Source of the DNA: a virus
Direction: 5' to 3' (one strand)
Virus record (IMG/VR): IMGVR_UViG_3300024346_000007
DNA length: 64,000 nucleotides
Shown here: positions 45,304 to 55,832 of the stretch, piece by piece
Numbering within the stretch: the first letter of the stretch is position 1
How the letters are laid out: each line of letters begins with the position of its first letter
Position numbers and translations under genes: made by a program
Notes under the pieces: generated by a model
Databases searched by the model: none
Seen by the model: only the letters and a program-made list of their open reading frames with translations
Told to the model about the DNA's origin: nothing

Positions 45304-45600
45304 TTAATCTTTAATAATTGAAAGGATTTCTACTTCACGGCATACATAATACTCATCACCGTCTACAATGATTTGCGTTACTACTGCTTTTGGCACAATA
45401 ACCGTGTCCCCGGTTTGTACGTGCATAGGAAAGTACTTACCGTTGTTGGTATCGTACATACCTAGACCTGCGCTAACTACTTCAAAGTAGTTTGATTTTT
45501 CAGCTCCCATGTCTGGTACAATAATACCACCTACCGTTTTGTCTTCTGAGTCAATCTTCTTTAGAATGACTTTGTCGTGTAATGCAACTAATTTACTCAT
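45304..45600 (-). CDS. groES: co-chaperonin GroES
   Basis: LHDKVIL, TVGGIIVPD mobile loop, adjacent to groEL. Confidence 0.93.
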   Translation of the reverse strand: MSKLVALHDKVILKKIDSEDKTVGGIIVPDMGAEKSNYFEVVSAGLGMYDTNNGKYFPMHVQTGDTVIVPKAVVTQIIVDGDEYYVCREVEILSIIKD

Positions 45601-45620
45601 TGTTTTATTTTTTATGTTTC

Positions 45621-47927
45621 TTAATGGCCTTCTTTTAGGTTATGTGCCAGAGATGGCACTGCAACTAAATCTAAAGATAGTTTTGTAGTATTTTCCATTC
45701 TATCTTGTACTATTCTGCAAGCTTCATCTGACATAGTCTCATCAACTTCCATAACCAACTGGTCATGTATTTGTGCTACTACCTGTCCTTTTATACCAGC
45801 TTTTTTAAATTCTCTGTTTATTTCAATGGCAGCACGGTTTACTATAGATGCGGCCAAACTTTGTATCTGGAAGTTCATACTATTGTTAAGACCGTTCTTA
45901 TAATCCCTTGACATATTCATAACCATTTCTTTTCCCAACTGTCCTTCTAGTTTATTTTGGAAGTCCCACTCTAATAAAGAGTCACCGAACTTCTGGTGAA
46001 GGTACGAAACTTTTGGTAAATGACGAACTCTTCCTACTTGTGTTTTTACATACCCTTCTTTTTTTACAAACACTTTAGAATCAGTCATCCACTTTTTCAA
46101 GTTAGGGAACCCATTAAGATACCCGTCCACTAGCTTCTGTGCTTCTTTAGTACTTAGATCAATACTCTTACCTAAGGCGTAAGCTGACATTCCGTAAGGT
46201 ATGCCCAGGGAGTATGCTTTTGCTTTCTGTCTAATATTATTTGCATGCTTCTTTAGATAGTTCGGAGCTTTCTTATCTGGGGAGTACTGATCAAGCTTTT
46301 CTGTTTTAATGGCGATTGTAGAATAAAAATCCCACCCATTACGGAAGATATCTTTCAACCCTTCGTCATCAGCTACGTGAGAGAATACTTTAGGCTCAAG
46401 TGATTCATAGTCACAATCTATGAATACTGTTCCCGGTTTGCAAACAAAGAACGCACGGATCATGTTATTATATTTAAGAACAATTGGATCCTCTTCTCCT
46501 TCTTCTTTAGGTCTTGGCAACTGCTGTGCATCAGATCCGTATCTACCTGATACTGTAGCGTGTTGCTTATAGTAGAAGTAGTACATGCCTTCTTCTTCCT
46601 TATCTAAAAACCTATCCATATAGGTAGATTTTATCTTAAGAAGTTTATTATAAATGCGAAGATTCTTAGCCCACTCATGTTTATCGGCAATGGACTGTAT
46701 GAAATCATCATCAAATTTATCCTTGCCTTTGTCTGTAGCAGATATTGGTTCCATCCCTAAAGCTGTGAATGCGATACTACCTAAGTGATCTTTAGATTGA
46801 ATATTAAAGAAATCCCCGTCCTGACTATCTTTCCATAGCCTCATACTGACTTTTACAGCTAGATCAGCGTCTAGGACATCCATGTTGCCAGTTGTTAAAT
46901 ACTCTTTGATAGGACCTTCTTCAAGAGTCTTTAGTGTCGCAGCATTCATTGTATACTTACCAGTCTTCTCAGATTTAGGTAAGGAGTAACCTGATTCTGT
47001 TATAAGCTGTTGTGCATAGCTTCCTTTATGTGTAGGAGGGAATTTTTCTAGAGCCTTATCTATAACCCACTCTTTTACTCTAGGATCTTTCAAAAGAGTC
47101 TTGATTACGATAGCTTTGTATTCCTCAAGATCTTTTATAATCTCTTCTCTAGATTGGACTATAAGATCCATATCTAACAACATGCCGTTGCTTTCCATGG
47201 GGATTGTAACTTCCTTGTATAGAGGCATCACTTCATCCTCGAAAAAGAATTTCTCTAGTCCTTCTGATTTTAGTTTTTCTAAGTAGTAATTGAATACCCT
47301 AAGAGTTAAGTCAGTATCAGCACAAGCATATTTAGATAGTATAGGGAGGTCTGCTTTCCAGATCTCATAATTATCTTTTGTCGTCGTGCCTCCATTAGAT
47401 TTTATGGACTCTTTAAGTTCCACCTGCTCTTCATTAGCCTCTTTCTCCATGTCAAGACCAATATGCACTTGTATAACCTTTGCAATATTTTTGAGACCAA
47501 AAGAACTGCCTGCGCCTTCTCCTGCACCTTCCTCTGCTACTGTATGTACTAATAGCATCGTGTCTGCGTATATAGCAGGTATTATATCAATCCCGTAAAA
47601 TTCTTTTACGAATCTAGAATCAAATGAAAGGTTATGTCCTATAAGTTTTTTGGTGCAAAGTAGCGTTAATACTTTCTTAGCAAGATCATGACAACTTTCT
47701 CCGTATATAAGATCGTCTGTTAGTTCACCATTTTTAAATACCATGGTTGGCATGTAATACCCTACTCCTACTTCCCCTGATACTGATAGTCCTATTATCT
47801 TTCCTTTCCTTGGATTTAAACTTGTAGTTTCCGTATCAAAAGCAATTATATCAAATGCTTTTATATGTTGAACCATATCCCTCAATGTCTGCGGTGTGTC
47901 CACCGTGACGTACTTCTTTTCACTCAT
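45621..47927 (-). CDS. polA: family A DNA polymerase with 3'-5' exonuclease
   Basis: DTET, HN..FD, YACAD; DYESLE, RQKAK...YG, QIHD. Confidence 0.95.
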   Translation of the reverse strand: MSEKKYVTVDTPQTLRDMVQHIKAFDIIAFDTETTSLNPRKGKIIGLSVSGEVGVGYYMPTMVFKNGELTDDLIYGESCHDLAKKVLTLLCTKKLIGHNLSFDSRFVKEFYGIDIIPAIYADTMLLVHTVAEEGAGEGAGSSFGLKNIAKVIQVHIGLDMEKEANEEQVELKESIKSNGGTTTKDNYEIWKADLPILSKYACADTDLTLRVFNYYLEKLKSEGLEKFFFEDEVMPLYKEVTIPMESNGMLLDMDLIVQSREEIIKDLEEYKAIVIKTLLKDPRVKEWVIDKALEKFPPTHKGSYAQQLITESGYSLPKSEKTGKYTMNAATLKTLEEGPIKEYLTTGNMDVLDADLAVKVSMRLWKDSQDGDFFNIQSKDHLGSIAFTALGMEPISATDKGKDKFDDDFIQSIADKHEWAKNLRIYNKLLKIKSTYMDRFLDKEEEGMYYFYYKQHATVSGRYGSDAQQLPRPKEEGEEDPIVLKYNNMIRAFFVCKPGTVFIDCDYESLEPKVFSHVADDEGLKDIFRNGWDFYSTIAIKTEKLDQYSPDKKAPNYLKKHANNIRQKAKAYSLGIPYGMSAYALGKSIDLSTKEAQKLVDGYLNGFPNLKKWMTDSKVFVKKEGYVKTQVGRVRHLPKVSYLHQKFGDSLLEWDFQNKLEGQLGKEMVMNMSRDYKNGLNNSMNFQIQSLAASIVNRAAIEINREFKKAGIKGQVVAQIHDQLVMEVDETMSDEACRIVQDRMENTTKLSLDLVAVPSLAHNLKEGH

Positions 47928-47942
47928 AACCTTTATTTTATT

Positions 47943-48368
47943 TTATTTTCCTGTGCTGCCAAATCCGCCGGACCCTCTTTCTGTTTCCGACAGTTTATCT
48001 GATTCAACAAACTCAACCTGTGGATATGGCAGTATCATTATCTGTGCTACTCGATCTCCTACTTCATAGTTGGTTAGGTTCATACCAAACTTTTTATTGA
48101 ACACCGCCATAATCTCACCTCTATACCCACTATCAATAACTCCAACTGCATTGCTTAACGATAGTCCGGATTTGAAGACAGAGGATCTTGGAAAGATCAA
48201 TCCTACATATCCATAAGGAATTTCCATCGCAAGGCCTGTATAATATTTTACTTGAGTAGGAGATACGTCTTCTTTTTTTATAGCCACTAGATCCATTCCA
48301 GCATCCCCATCTTTTGCATAAGTTGGTATTACAGCTTCTGGATTTAGCTTTTCTATCTTTACTATCAT
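47943..48368 (-). CDS. dut: dUTPase
   Basis: AGMDL, PRSS, GVIDSGYRGE, RG.GGFGSTG. Confidence 0.97.
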   Translation of the reverse strand: MIVKIEKLNPEAVIPTYAKDGDAGMDLVAIKKEDVSPTQVKYYTGLAMEIPYGYVGLIFPRSSVFKSGLSLSNAVGVIDSGYRGEIMAVFNKKFGMNLTNYEVGDRVAQIMILPYPQVEFVESDKLSETERGSGGFGSTGK

Positions 48369-48371
48369 AAT

Positions 48372-48602
48372 CTAATTTTCAATTTCATCAAGCATCACTT
48401 CTGCTAATATCTCTGGGATCTCATCCGGAGATTGAACCTCTACGAATCTTTCTCTGAAAAATGAACTGTGCGGATGGGGAGGTTCTGCTTCAAAAACATT
48501 GATGTTTCCTTGGGAAGTCACCTCTCTTACTGTGTAGATCTGATCTTGTTCTAATACTCCTGGGTGTCCTAAGACACAGCATACTAATGAATTTACTTTC
48601 AT
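48372..48602 (-). CDS. hypothetical protein
   Basis: Operon ORF. Confidence 0.55.
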   Translation of the reverse strand: MKVNSLVCCVLGHPGVLEQDQIYTVREVTSQGNINVFEAEPPHPHSSFFRERFVEVQSPDEIPEILAEVMLDEIEN

Positions 48603-48607
48603 AACCC

Positions 48608-48805
48608 TTATTTTTTTTCTGTACTTAATTTTGTAATCTGATTTTCTAGCTCTTCTACGGTTTCTTTTAGCACTTCTAATATTGCATTATTAAGAATTGC
48701 ATTTTTTAAAAACTCTGTGTTTACTTCTTTCTGTCTTTCATAAACATAAAACAGGAATCCCATTCCAAGTAAGTTTAAAGATATCAAGATTGTGTATATA
48801 ATCAT
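48608..48805 (-). CDS. small membrane protein
   Basis: N-terminal TM; TATATTTG at 48820-48827. Confidence 0.55.
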   Translation of the reverse strand: MIIYTILISLNLLGMGFLFYVYERQKEVNTEFLKNAILNNAILEVLKETVEELENQITKLSTEKK

Positions 48806-48831
48806 AACATTAATTTTAACAAATATAATAA

Positions 48832-49029
48832 CTATTCTTCTTTTGCCAAATTTTTATTTCCTTTTAACCACTTCTCTTCGTAAGGGCACTCTTTACATTT
48901 ATTACCGCAGCACTTGCCTCTTTGGGAAAGATAGAGAGCAGTGAATACAAAGTATCCAGTCTGCTCATCTATATAATAATCAATCCCTTCTTGTAATTTA
49001 TTGTTCGACACTACAGTTGGCCCCGGCAC
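48832..49029 (-). CDS. DUF5522-like Cys-rich protein
   Basis: G..VFT..Y...RGKCCGNKCKECPY. Confidence 0.7.
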   Translation of the reverse strand: MPGPTVVSNNKLQEGIDYYIDEQTGYFVFTALYLSQRGKCCGNKCKECPYEEKWLKGNKNLAKEE

Positions 49030-50851
49030 AGGCAGCTATTTGGCCAAAGTTTACAGTATCATCTTCCTCCATAACACTAGTCAAGTCCATAGAAGTAAGG
49101 TGCTTTGATCTTTCTTCATACTGTTCTTTAGTAATATCTTCAAAAGGAGCCTGTTGGTAAGTACCTCCCCAATAAGGCAATACTGATAGGCCGTTATAAT
49201 ACTCTCTGTTTTTCCACATCCACTCTCCTACTGGAAGCCACTCGTCTTCTTTAAGAGATACCGTAGCTGATACGTTGTGGGTATTGTATCCATTCCTATG
49301 GCCACTCTTAATCCAATTAACTGAGAAATGCTTTACCCTTTCTAGTAACTCTATTGGGGTCTCGCTTCTCATTATTGATCCTTCTGGTGCTTTGATAGGG
49401 ATCCTTGCACACAAGGTATCGTGAGATCTTAACACATCATCTTCACACATCTCAGGATGGTTTGCAATCAGATACTTAGCAATGTCTTCACTCTTATTAA
49501 ATCTTACTGTTCTGAGATAATAATCATTGTGCCATGCGTGTATTCCAGAAGCTGTACCCAATACACAAGATGTTGTTCCTGAAGGCTTTATACAAGTTAC
49601 ACGAGCGGCTCTGTTGATTCCTATAAGATCTGCGTATTTTGCATTTACTTCTTTTGCAATCTCAGCAGCTTTTTCAAGATCATACTTCAAGATCTCTCCA
49701 CTTCCGATACCTGTCATACCTATTCCAAGCAAAGCATCCTTCTCAGTAGTCTTCTGCCATATAGGACGGAGATAATGAAAATCAGTGAATGACGCTTGTA
49801 AAGTTCCAAAGAATGCAGCTATACGCACTCTGTCAAATAGATCCTCTTCATCTTTGATATCAGATACATTCACTTCACAAAGGTTGCAGAATTGATATGG
49901 ACGTAGTGCTATTTCGCAACATGGGTTAGTTCCCCACTCAGCATTCTTTGTCCAATAGAACCCAGGCTCTCCAGAGTTACTCAACTCTATCTTCTTCCAT
50001 AAACCTTTAAATTGTTCTTCTGTAATCTGGCCTCTTTCCAATACTGCAGAGTTATTAGACCTTCCCCTTTGTTCATTAAGTTCCCACCAATTACCGTACT
50101 TACAAGTAAGCATTTCTTCATCATCATAGCTAAACAATGCGATCATAGCAGCCCTTCTAATACCTCCAGACAATACGCTGTTAGCAATGTGGCACATGAT
50201 ATCATGCACTTCCAAGGTAGATAGCTTCTCACCGTTTTGTTTACGATCCAATATAGCTTCTATATGTGTAAGACAGATCTTAAGAGGCTCTGGTCCAGGC
50301 GCTTTTCCACCTGCAGTAATAAGCCTAGATCCTTTAGGACGTACATCTCTGTAGTCAAATGTAGGCTTAGCACCCTTACCAAAGTATGATTTCATCAATA
50401 CTTTCACAGCGTCAGCCCATCCAATAATACTATCTTGTACTAAGTATCTTTTTTGTTTTACTGGCTTTATGATTTCTGGTAACTTCTCTACGTGCTGGAA
50501 CTGAACAGAATATCCTACCCCAGTACCCCCAAGCAATAGAAACATGGACTCTGAAAAACAGTGTACGCTATCCATTGGGAGGTAGCAGCAGTTGTATATA
50601 CGTGCATTATTTACTTCAGCTGCTATGCCTGAGAACTGTAAGGCCCTCATTGAAGGAAGTACTTTTTTATCTACTATATAACTAGCGTTACCCAATATCT
50701 CTTTTTTTAAATTTGGGAACTTTTGCATTAACATAACCTCATATCTAGATACTATTTCTTCCCATGTTTCCCTTCTTTTTACTTCGGGAATGTACTTGGC
50801 GTACTTAGAAAAAATAGTTATCTGACTTAGTATCTCTGATCCTAATTCCAT
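48998..50851 (-). CDS. nrdJ: class II (B12-dependent) monomeric ribonucleotide reductase (start revised to MELGSE)
   Basis: RRETW, PSMR, NC, TNPCCEI, CNL, KPSGT, C-terminal CAGANC; no nrdB in window. Confidence 0.92.
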   Translation of the reverse strand: MELGSEILSQITIFSKYAKYIPEVKRRETWEEIVSRYEVMLMQKFPNLKKEILGNASYIVDKKVLPSMRALQFSGIAAEVNNARIYNCCYLPMDSVHCFSESMFLLLGGTGVGYSVQFQHVEKLPEIIKPVKQKRYLVQDSIIGWADAVKVLMKSYFGKGAKPTFDYRDVRPKGSRLITAGGKAPGPEPLKICLTHIEAILDRKQNGEKLSTLEVHDIMCHIANSVLSGGIRRAAMIALFSYDDEEMLTCKYGNWWELNEQRGRSNNSAVLERGQITEEQFKGLWKKIELSNSGEPGFYWTKNAEWGTNPCCEIALRPYQFCNLCEVNVSDIKDEEDLFDRVRIAAFFGTLQASFTDFHYLRPIWQKTTEKDALLGIGMTGIGSGEILKYDLEKAAEIAKEVNAKYADLIGINRAARVTCIKPSGTTSCVLGTASGIHAWHNDYYLRTVRFNKSEDIAKYLIANHPEMCEDDVLRSHDTLCARIPIKAPEGSIMRSETPIELLERVKHFSVNWIKSGHRNGYNTHNVSATVSLKEDEWLPVGEWMWKNREYYNGLSVLPYWGGTYQQAPFEDITKEQYEERSKHLTSMDLTSVMEEDDTVNFGQIAACAGANCSVEQ

Positions 50852-50960
50852 GTTTTTTTGTTTTAAATTTTTGTAACGGTAAAAATAAATACCCATTGAA
50901 AATGGAAAAAAAGTTCAATTGCTCAGCTTTTTTTTTGCCACTTTTTTGATGCTTATGAGA

Positions 50961-52313
50961 TTATGCCTTGAGAAACTTTTTCTTTAGCATAGACATATCA
51001 TCCGAACTAAAATCTCCTTTTGACCCAGTGTCTTGACTATCAGTCTCTTCATCAAATAGGTCCTCAGAAATCTCTATAAAGCCTCTACCTAGATCTATTT
51101 TAGCGGAATATGTCATCCCATCTGGTCCTAATCTAGACTTCATGATATGGAATCTTCCTGTATTGTTTATCTTATCCTTCCTGCGTCTGGATAGAGATAC
51201 ACTCAGATCCGCTATCATCATCTTTTGAAAACTTCCGGCTACCTTATCCCCTTCGATGATCTCATCCTTGGCTCCCATACGATTAATCTGGGAAGGACAA
51301 ACGAATGGAATTTTAAGATCTTTAGCCATTCCTTTTAGATCGGTATAGATATCATCTAGTTCTTCTTTGCTTTCTTTCCTTGATTTACGAGGCTTTAAAA
51401 GATCCGGGTAGTCTATGATGATTAGGTCTGGAATAAAGTCGTTATTGGCTTCTAATTGCTTTATATGAGATTCTATGGTACTTAGTGAGGCCCTACCAGG
51501 AGAATATTCCTTAATCACAATCTTACCTTTAAGATTTTTAACTGCGGCTTCTACTTCTTTGCGGTGGAACTTAAGCATCTTGACTTCTACTCCAGTAAGG
51601 ATAGAATCAATCTTTTTACCTACATACCTCTCATCCAACTCTAAAGTATAGTAGATTACATTAAATCCCATCTTAAGACAATGGGATGCAATATTACAAA
51701 CCACTGTAGACTTTCCTATGCCGGGAGGTGCAAATAAAAGCATAAGGTTGCTTCCGCCTATTCCTCCATCTGTAATGTCATTGAATACTTTCCAAGGGAA
51801 TGGGATCTTTTTATCTTCCTCTTCTCTGAATCTGGACTCGATGTCTTTGTCGTATTCGTGTCCTATTTCTTTTGTGCTTCCAGCCCTTAACGCTTCATCA
51901 ATAATCTTTCTGATTCCTTCAAACTCTCCGCCTGTGAGAAGATCTACTGAAGCTAGTAAAGCATCTTTTAGTTTCTGATTCTTACAGAAGTTAAAAAACT
52001 CTTCCTTTACATAATCAATATCATCTTGTGTAGCGGTGTAGGCTTGTTTTAATTCCTCTTTAATGGATACTTGTAACACTTCGTTCTTTTCCTTTTTAAG
52101 TTCTATCTTAAGAACTTCCATTGTAGGATAGGTGTGGTATTTGCTATAGTACTCTAGAATAGTTCCAATGATCCATTTGTGTGCAGGAGATTCAAAATAC
52201 TCAGCTGTGATTACATCTGCTATGTTTTGAAGGAACTGTTTGTCGTTTAGTAAGGAGTAAAGTACTTTTATTTGGAACTGGTGTCCGTAACTGGTTAATC
52301 TTTGTTGTGTCAT
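50961..52313 (-). CDS. dnaB: replicative DnaB-like helicase (T4 gp41-like)
   Basis: APPGIGKS, YTLEL, IIDYPDL, SQINR, KSRLG. Confidence 0.9.
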   Translation of the reverse strand: MTQQRLTSYGHQFQIKVLYSLLNDKQFLQNIADVITAEYFESPAHKWIIGTILEYYSKYHTYPTMEVLKIELKKEKNEVLQVSIKEELKQAYTATQDDIDYVKEEFFNFCKNQKLKDALLASVDLLTGGEFEGIRKIIDEALRAGSTKEIGHEYDKDIESRFREEEDKKIPFPWKVFNDITDGGIGGSNLMLLFAPPGIGKSTVVCNIASHCLKMGFNVIYYTLELDERYVGKKIDSILTGVEVKMLKFHRKEVEAAVKNLKGKIVIKEYSPGRASLSTIESHIKQLEANNDFIPDLIIIDYPDLLKPRKSRKESKEELDDIYTDLKGMAKDLKIPFVCPSQINRMGAKDEIIEGDKVAGSFQKMMIADLSVSLSRRRKDKINNTGRFHIMKSRLGPDGMTYSAKIDLGRGFIEISEDLFDEETDSQDTGSKGDFSSDDMSMLKKKFLKA

Positions 52314-52320
52314 AACTTAT

Positions 52321-53358
52321 TTAATAATTATTCAATGTGGAAAATAGATTTATCCAAAGATCCAAATTTGATATAGCATTTCCCATCTTATCATAGTTGT
52401 ATAGTTTTATGAAGTCGTACTTCTTTAAGGTCGGTGCCTTTGTATGGTACTTGTCCATAAGTTCTACAACTGTCTCCTCAGAAATGTTTGGCTCCATAAT
52501 ATTCATAATCTTGTAGAAGATCTCTACTTGTTTACGAACATTTAGTATCCTTTCATATAAGACAGACTTTTTAGGAGGATTTTCGCAGATGTGATAAATG
52601 TCCTGCAATGTTTTCCTTTCAGGCTTTGATACAAACTCAAAAAGCTTTACTACATTCTTTTCTCCTAATCCGTTCACTCCAGGTATATTATCTGAAGTGT
52701 CCCCTACTAAAGATTTGTATAATAAGAAATTATCTGGGTGTATTCCGAAATCTTCTAATACATTTTCTACTCCGTATATCTTCTTCTTAGTTGGACTGTA
52801 TACGCTGATTCTATCATTTACAAGCTGCATAAAATCATTGTCTGAGGACATGAGATAAACATGGGAATCATTATACTCTTTGTATATACTCCCTGCTAAA
52901 TATCCCATCACGTCATCTGCCTCAAGCTTGTCATAAGACATTAAAGACACGGGTAGAAATTGTAAGTAGTCTATTAACCTAGTGATCTGATTGTACTTGG
53001 AATCATCCTCGGAAGTTTTTGTTTGAAAGGATTTATAATTCATAATCCTTCCAGTATCCCTATTTCCTTTGTATTGGTTATAGAGATATTTTCTGTTGCC
53101 CGACCCGCCTTCACCATCAAAGACGATTACTACACGAGTCGGGGATAACAGTTTTATTGCATGTCCAAGTGATTTCAAAAATCCAATGAGTCCGCCTACA
53201 TCATTACCAGATAGGTTAACTCGGTTAACTACTGCGAAGCTTCTTAGGAATGTATTCATTCCATCTATAATCAATACTCTACTATTGTAGTGTAGATTAG
53301 TAGGCTTCTCATCATTTTTAAGTTTAGAGAATATATTAAGGAGTCTCTCCTTATTCAT
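52321..53358 (-). CDS. 5'-3' exonuclease / T4 RNase H-like flap endonuclease
   Basis: IDGMN, FDG, YK.NR, EADD, SSD.D, GD.SDNIPGV. Confidence 0.92.
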   Translation of the reverse strand: MNKERLLNIFSKLKNDEKPTNLHYNSRVLIIDGMNTFLRSFAVVNRVNLSGNDVGGLIGFLKSLGHAIKLLSPTRVVIVFDGEGGSGNRKYLYNQYKGNRDTGRIMNYKSFQTKTSEDDSKYNQITRLIDYLQFLPVSLMSYDKLEADDVMGYLAGSIYKEYNDSHVYLMSSDNDFMQLVNDRISVYSPTKKKIYGVENVLEDFGIHPDNFLLYKSLVGDTSDNIPGVNGLGEKNVVKLFEFVSKPERKTLQDIYHICENPPKKSVLYERILNVRKQVEIFYKIMNIMEPNISEETVVELMDKYHTKAPTLKKYDFIKLYNYDKMGNAISNLDLWINLFSTLNNY

Positions 53359-54469
53359 TACCTAAGCTGTTAATGGTAGCATCTCCATGATTATCTATCA
53401 TATCTCCATTATCTACTTCTTCTATTATGTCGAAGTCTTCGCTTCCAAGAATCTTTAACCATTCTGATGAATGTTGTTTCTTATAAGCATCAATGTATTT
53501 CTTATCATCTATGATAAATCCATGGGGAGTTGCAATAATCTTACCAGTGGTCGTTACACCGTTGATGTGATTCTTGTCTACTGAAATCTTAGTCCTCTTT
53601 GCAAACTCAACATCCTTACCATTCTTAGTGGCTTTGATCTTGTTTGTTCCTGCTCCAGTAGAGTTGCCAAAGGTTACTACTATTGTAGAGTCAAAGAACA
53701 TTGTATTTCCTCCCTTGTTCTTTATCTTTGGCATTTCACCATATGAAGAGGGTTTCTCCACCCAAACTTTGTTTACAGCAATAAGGGTGTTTGTATACTG
53801 AGAGCTATCTTTTCTAGAGCCGACAATTCTTTGGTTTATAAAGTTGCCAAACTGTTGAGACATTGCTCCTGCATTCCACTCATTATTGTTCTTATTAGAT
53901 TCTACGGATAGCTTACATGGTAAGGATCCTACGGAATCCCAAAGGAATACTAAATCAATAGGAAGCACTCCTTTTGTTTGTTCATCCAACAAATCCAAAA
54001 TAAATGCAGCCACATCTTCTACGGTAGTTATACTACTCTTATCAATATAGATAAAATTACCTTCATAAGATATTGTTTGGGTTACCTCTCCTGTAACTTT
54101 ATCTACAACATCTTTAACTTTTGTTTCTACTTCAAACCCCATAATCTTAGCATGACTCCAATCCCACTTCATCTCAGTGATGATAAAGACTGGTAGTTTT
54201 CCCATTTTCTGTACACTAACCGCTGCTTCAATCAATGCTGTGGTTTTTCCAGTATCGCTATGGCCACGAAGATTAATAACGTGCCCATGAGGAAGACCTG
54301 GTAAACTGATTGCTTGTTGAAACGCTTCTGATAATGGGATCCACTCTTGTTTCTTGAAGGATCCGTTCTCAGATAGGTTCTTTGATTTCTTAAAGTTTTC
54401 TAAATTAAAGGACGTACTCTTACCTAAGGCGCTGGCTACAGCACCTTTGATGTTTTTTGATTCTGCCAT
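53351..54469 (-). CDS. RecA/UvsX-like recombinase
   Basis: GHSDTGKT, WDSVG, KGG...F. Confidence 0.85.
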   Translation of the reverse strand: MAESKNIKGAVASALGKSTSFNLENFKKSKNLSENGSFKKQEWIPLSEAFQQAISLPGLPHGHVINLRGHSDTGKTTALIEAAVSVQKMGKLPVFIITEMKWDWSHAKIMGFEVETKVKDVVDKVTGEVTQTISYEGNFIYIDKSSITTVEDVAAFILDLLDEQTKGVLPIDLVFLWDSVGSLPCKLSVESNKNNNEWNAGAMSQQFGNFINQRIVGSRKDSSQYTNTLIAVNKVWVEKPSSYGEMPKIKNKGGNTMFFDSTIVVTFGNSTGAGTNKIKATKNGKDVEFAKRTKISVDKNHINGVTTTGKIIATPHGFIIDDKKYIDAYKKQHSSEWLKILGSEDFDIIEEVDNGDMIDNHGDATINSLGNE

Positions 54470-54479
54470 ATGTTATTTT

Positions 54480-55340
54480 TTAATTGTCTTCTCCGAATAG
54501 ATCATCAAACTTTGATGCTACTGTTGTTTTCTTTTCTTCGTATTTTGAAGCAGGCTCGTATGGCCCTTCAAAAGGTGGAGCAGCCTCATTTGTTGCAGCT
54601 GGTGCAACTTCTTCTACTGTAGGAGTTGATACTTCTTCAGATTGTGCTTCTTGTGGATTGATGTAATCATGAAGCATCTTCTTAATTTCATCATAAGAAT
54701 ACTTCTTATAGATTTCAGTGATCTCTTTTTGAGTCTCCAATACTTTCTGTACCAGAGCAGCGTCTTCGGAGATAGCAGAAATGTTTCTCTTTGGAGTTAC
54801 GTTAACTGCAACATAGTTGACATCACGCTTACCAATCTTAATTACATCGTTGTATCCTTCTACAGTAAGGTCAGTACCTTCTGTTACATCAGATACATCA
54901 CCGAAATCATCATCGGCCATGATGCTAAGCAACTTCTCATAGGTAGTTTTGTTAAACTCCCAAAGTCTAGCACCCATACCTTCTTCACCACGAACTAGTA
55001 CTTGTGCAAAGAATTTAGTACGAGGCCTAAGCTTACGAGCCAAGTCTTTGCTCTCTTCTGTGTTCTCATCATATAGTTCACGCATAAGTTGAACTACCGG
55101 ATCTTTCTCACCGAAGTTTTCAAGACTGTAAACGTTCTTTTTAAAGATGTTGTACTGGTGGAAGCTAACTTCTGCAAATGGGAAGTCTTTGTTGGTTTTC
55201 CTAGGGAGGATCCTTACTACTTGCTTACCCAACTTTGGTTTCCAGAAAATGGTTGTGAAGTCAATCTTTTCGAATGCGGAGCCTGAGTTTTTAGACTGTA
55301 GCTTATTCAGTCTTTCTTTGATCAAATCAATCTTGGACAT
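54480..55340 (-). CDS. gp32-like single-stranded DNA-binding protein
   Basis: FWKP..G...VRILP, G.D, acidic tail FDDLF; TACTTTTG at 55367-55374. Confidence 0.85.
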   Translation of the reverse strand: MSKIDLIKERLNKLQSKNSGSAFEKIDFTTIFWKPKLGKQVVRILPRKTNKDFPFAEVSFHQYNIFKKNVYSLENFGEKDPVVQLMRELYDENTEESKDLARKLRPRTKFFAQVLVRGEEGMGARLWEFNKTTYEKLLSIMADDDFGDVSDVTEGTDLTVEGYNDVIKIGKRDVNYVAVNVTPKRNISAISEDAALVQKVLETQKEITEIYKKYSYDEIKKMLHDYINPQEAQSEEVSTPTVEEVAPAATNEAAPPFEGPYEPASKYEEKKTTVASKFDDLFGEDN

Positions 55341-55397
55341 AACTTGTTTTTTTAAAAAGTGAAGAACAAAAGTAAGGAATATTTTAACTATTCCAAA

Positions 55398-55832
55398 TTA
55401 TTTTTTATCCACATTAACGATATCGTGGATCTTAGTCTTAAGTTGTACGAACTGGTCCTTTTGGGTAAGGAGGATGCTATTTTCATAGTCTTTCCAGTTA
55501 ACACGGTAGTTGTTATCTCTAACACCTCCGTTAAGAGATTCTATAAGCTTGTTAAGGGAATTGATCGTGTAAAGAACATTGCACTCTTTACGGCGATGCA
55601 TTAGGATAGTATTGGGGAGAACGTTATCCTTGTTAATATTATCGCTATCAATGTTATATGTGCACACATACTCATTGTCATTATCTGTCTCTAATATGAA
55701 TATCTTAGAATAGATTACTTCATACCTGCTTTTTATGTCAGATATGGTGACTTGTAAGTCTTCTTTTTTCGTAAACGTGCAAAATAGCTTGTTCAAGTAA
55801 TCGTAAGTTAGATCAATAATATTATTATTCAT
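55398..55832 (-). CDS. conserved phage hypothetical protein
   Basis: KLFCTF, HRRKE.N.LYTIN.LN; ATATTTATA at 55834-55842. Confidence 0.75.
   Translation of the reverse strand: MNNNIIDLTYDYLNKLFCTFTKKEDLQVTISDIKSRYEVIYSKIFILETDNDNEYVCTYNIDSDNINKDNVLPNTILMHRRKECNVLYTINSLNKLIESLNGGVRDNNYRVNWKDYENSILLTQKDQFVQLKTKIHDIVNVDKK

Noticed and set aside
43638-48368. Bacterial chromosomal segment or chimera (groEL/groES, polA, dut)
   Set aside because: The genes are divergent, GroEL lacks the GGM tail, PolA lacks a fused 5'-3' exonuclease, and they sit seamlessly among T4-like genes with the same leaders
45621-54469. Inteins or introns in PolA, RNR, helicase or RecA
   Set aside because: Protein lengths are normal, frames are uninterrupted, and no intein splice motifs are seen
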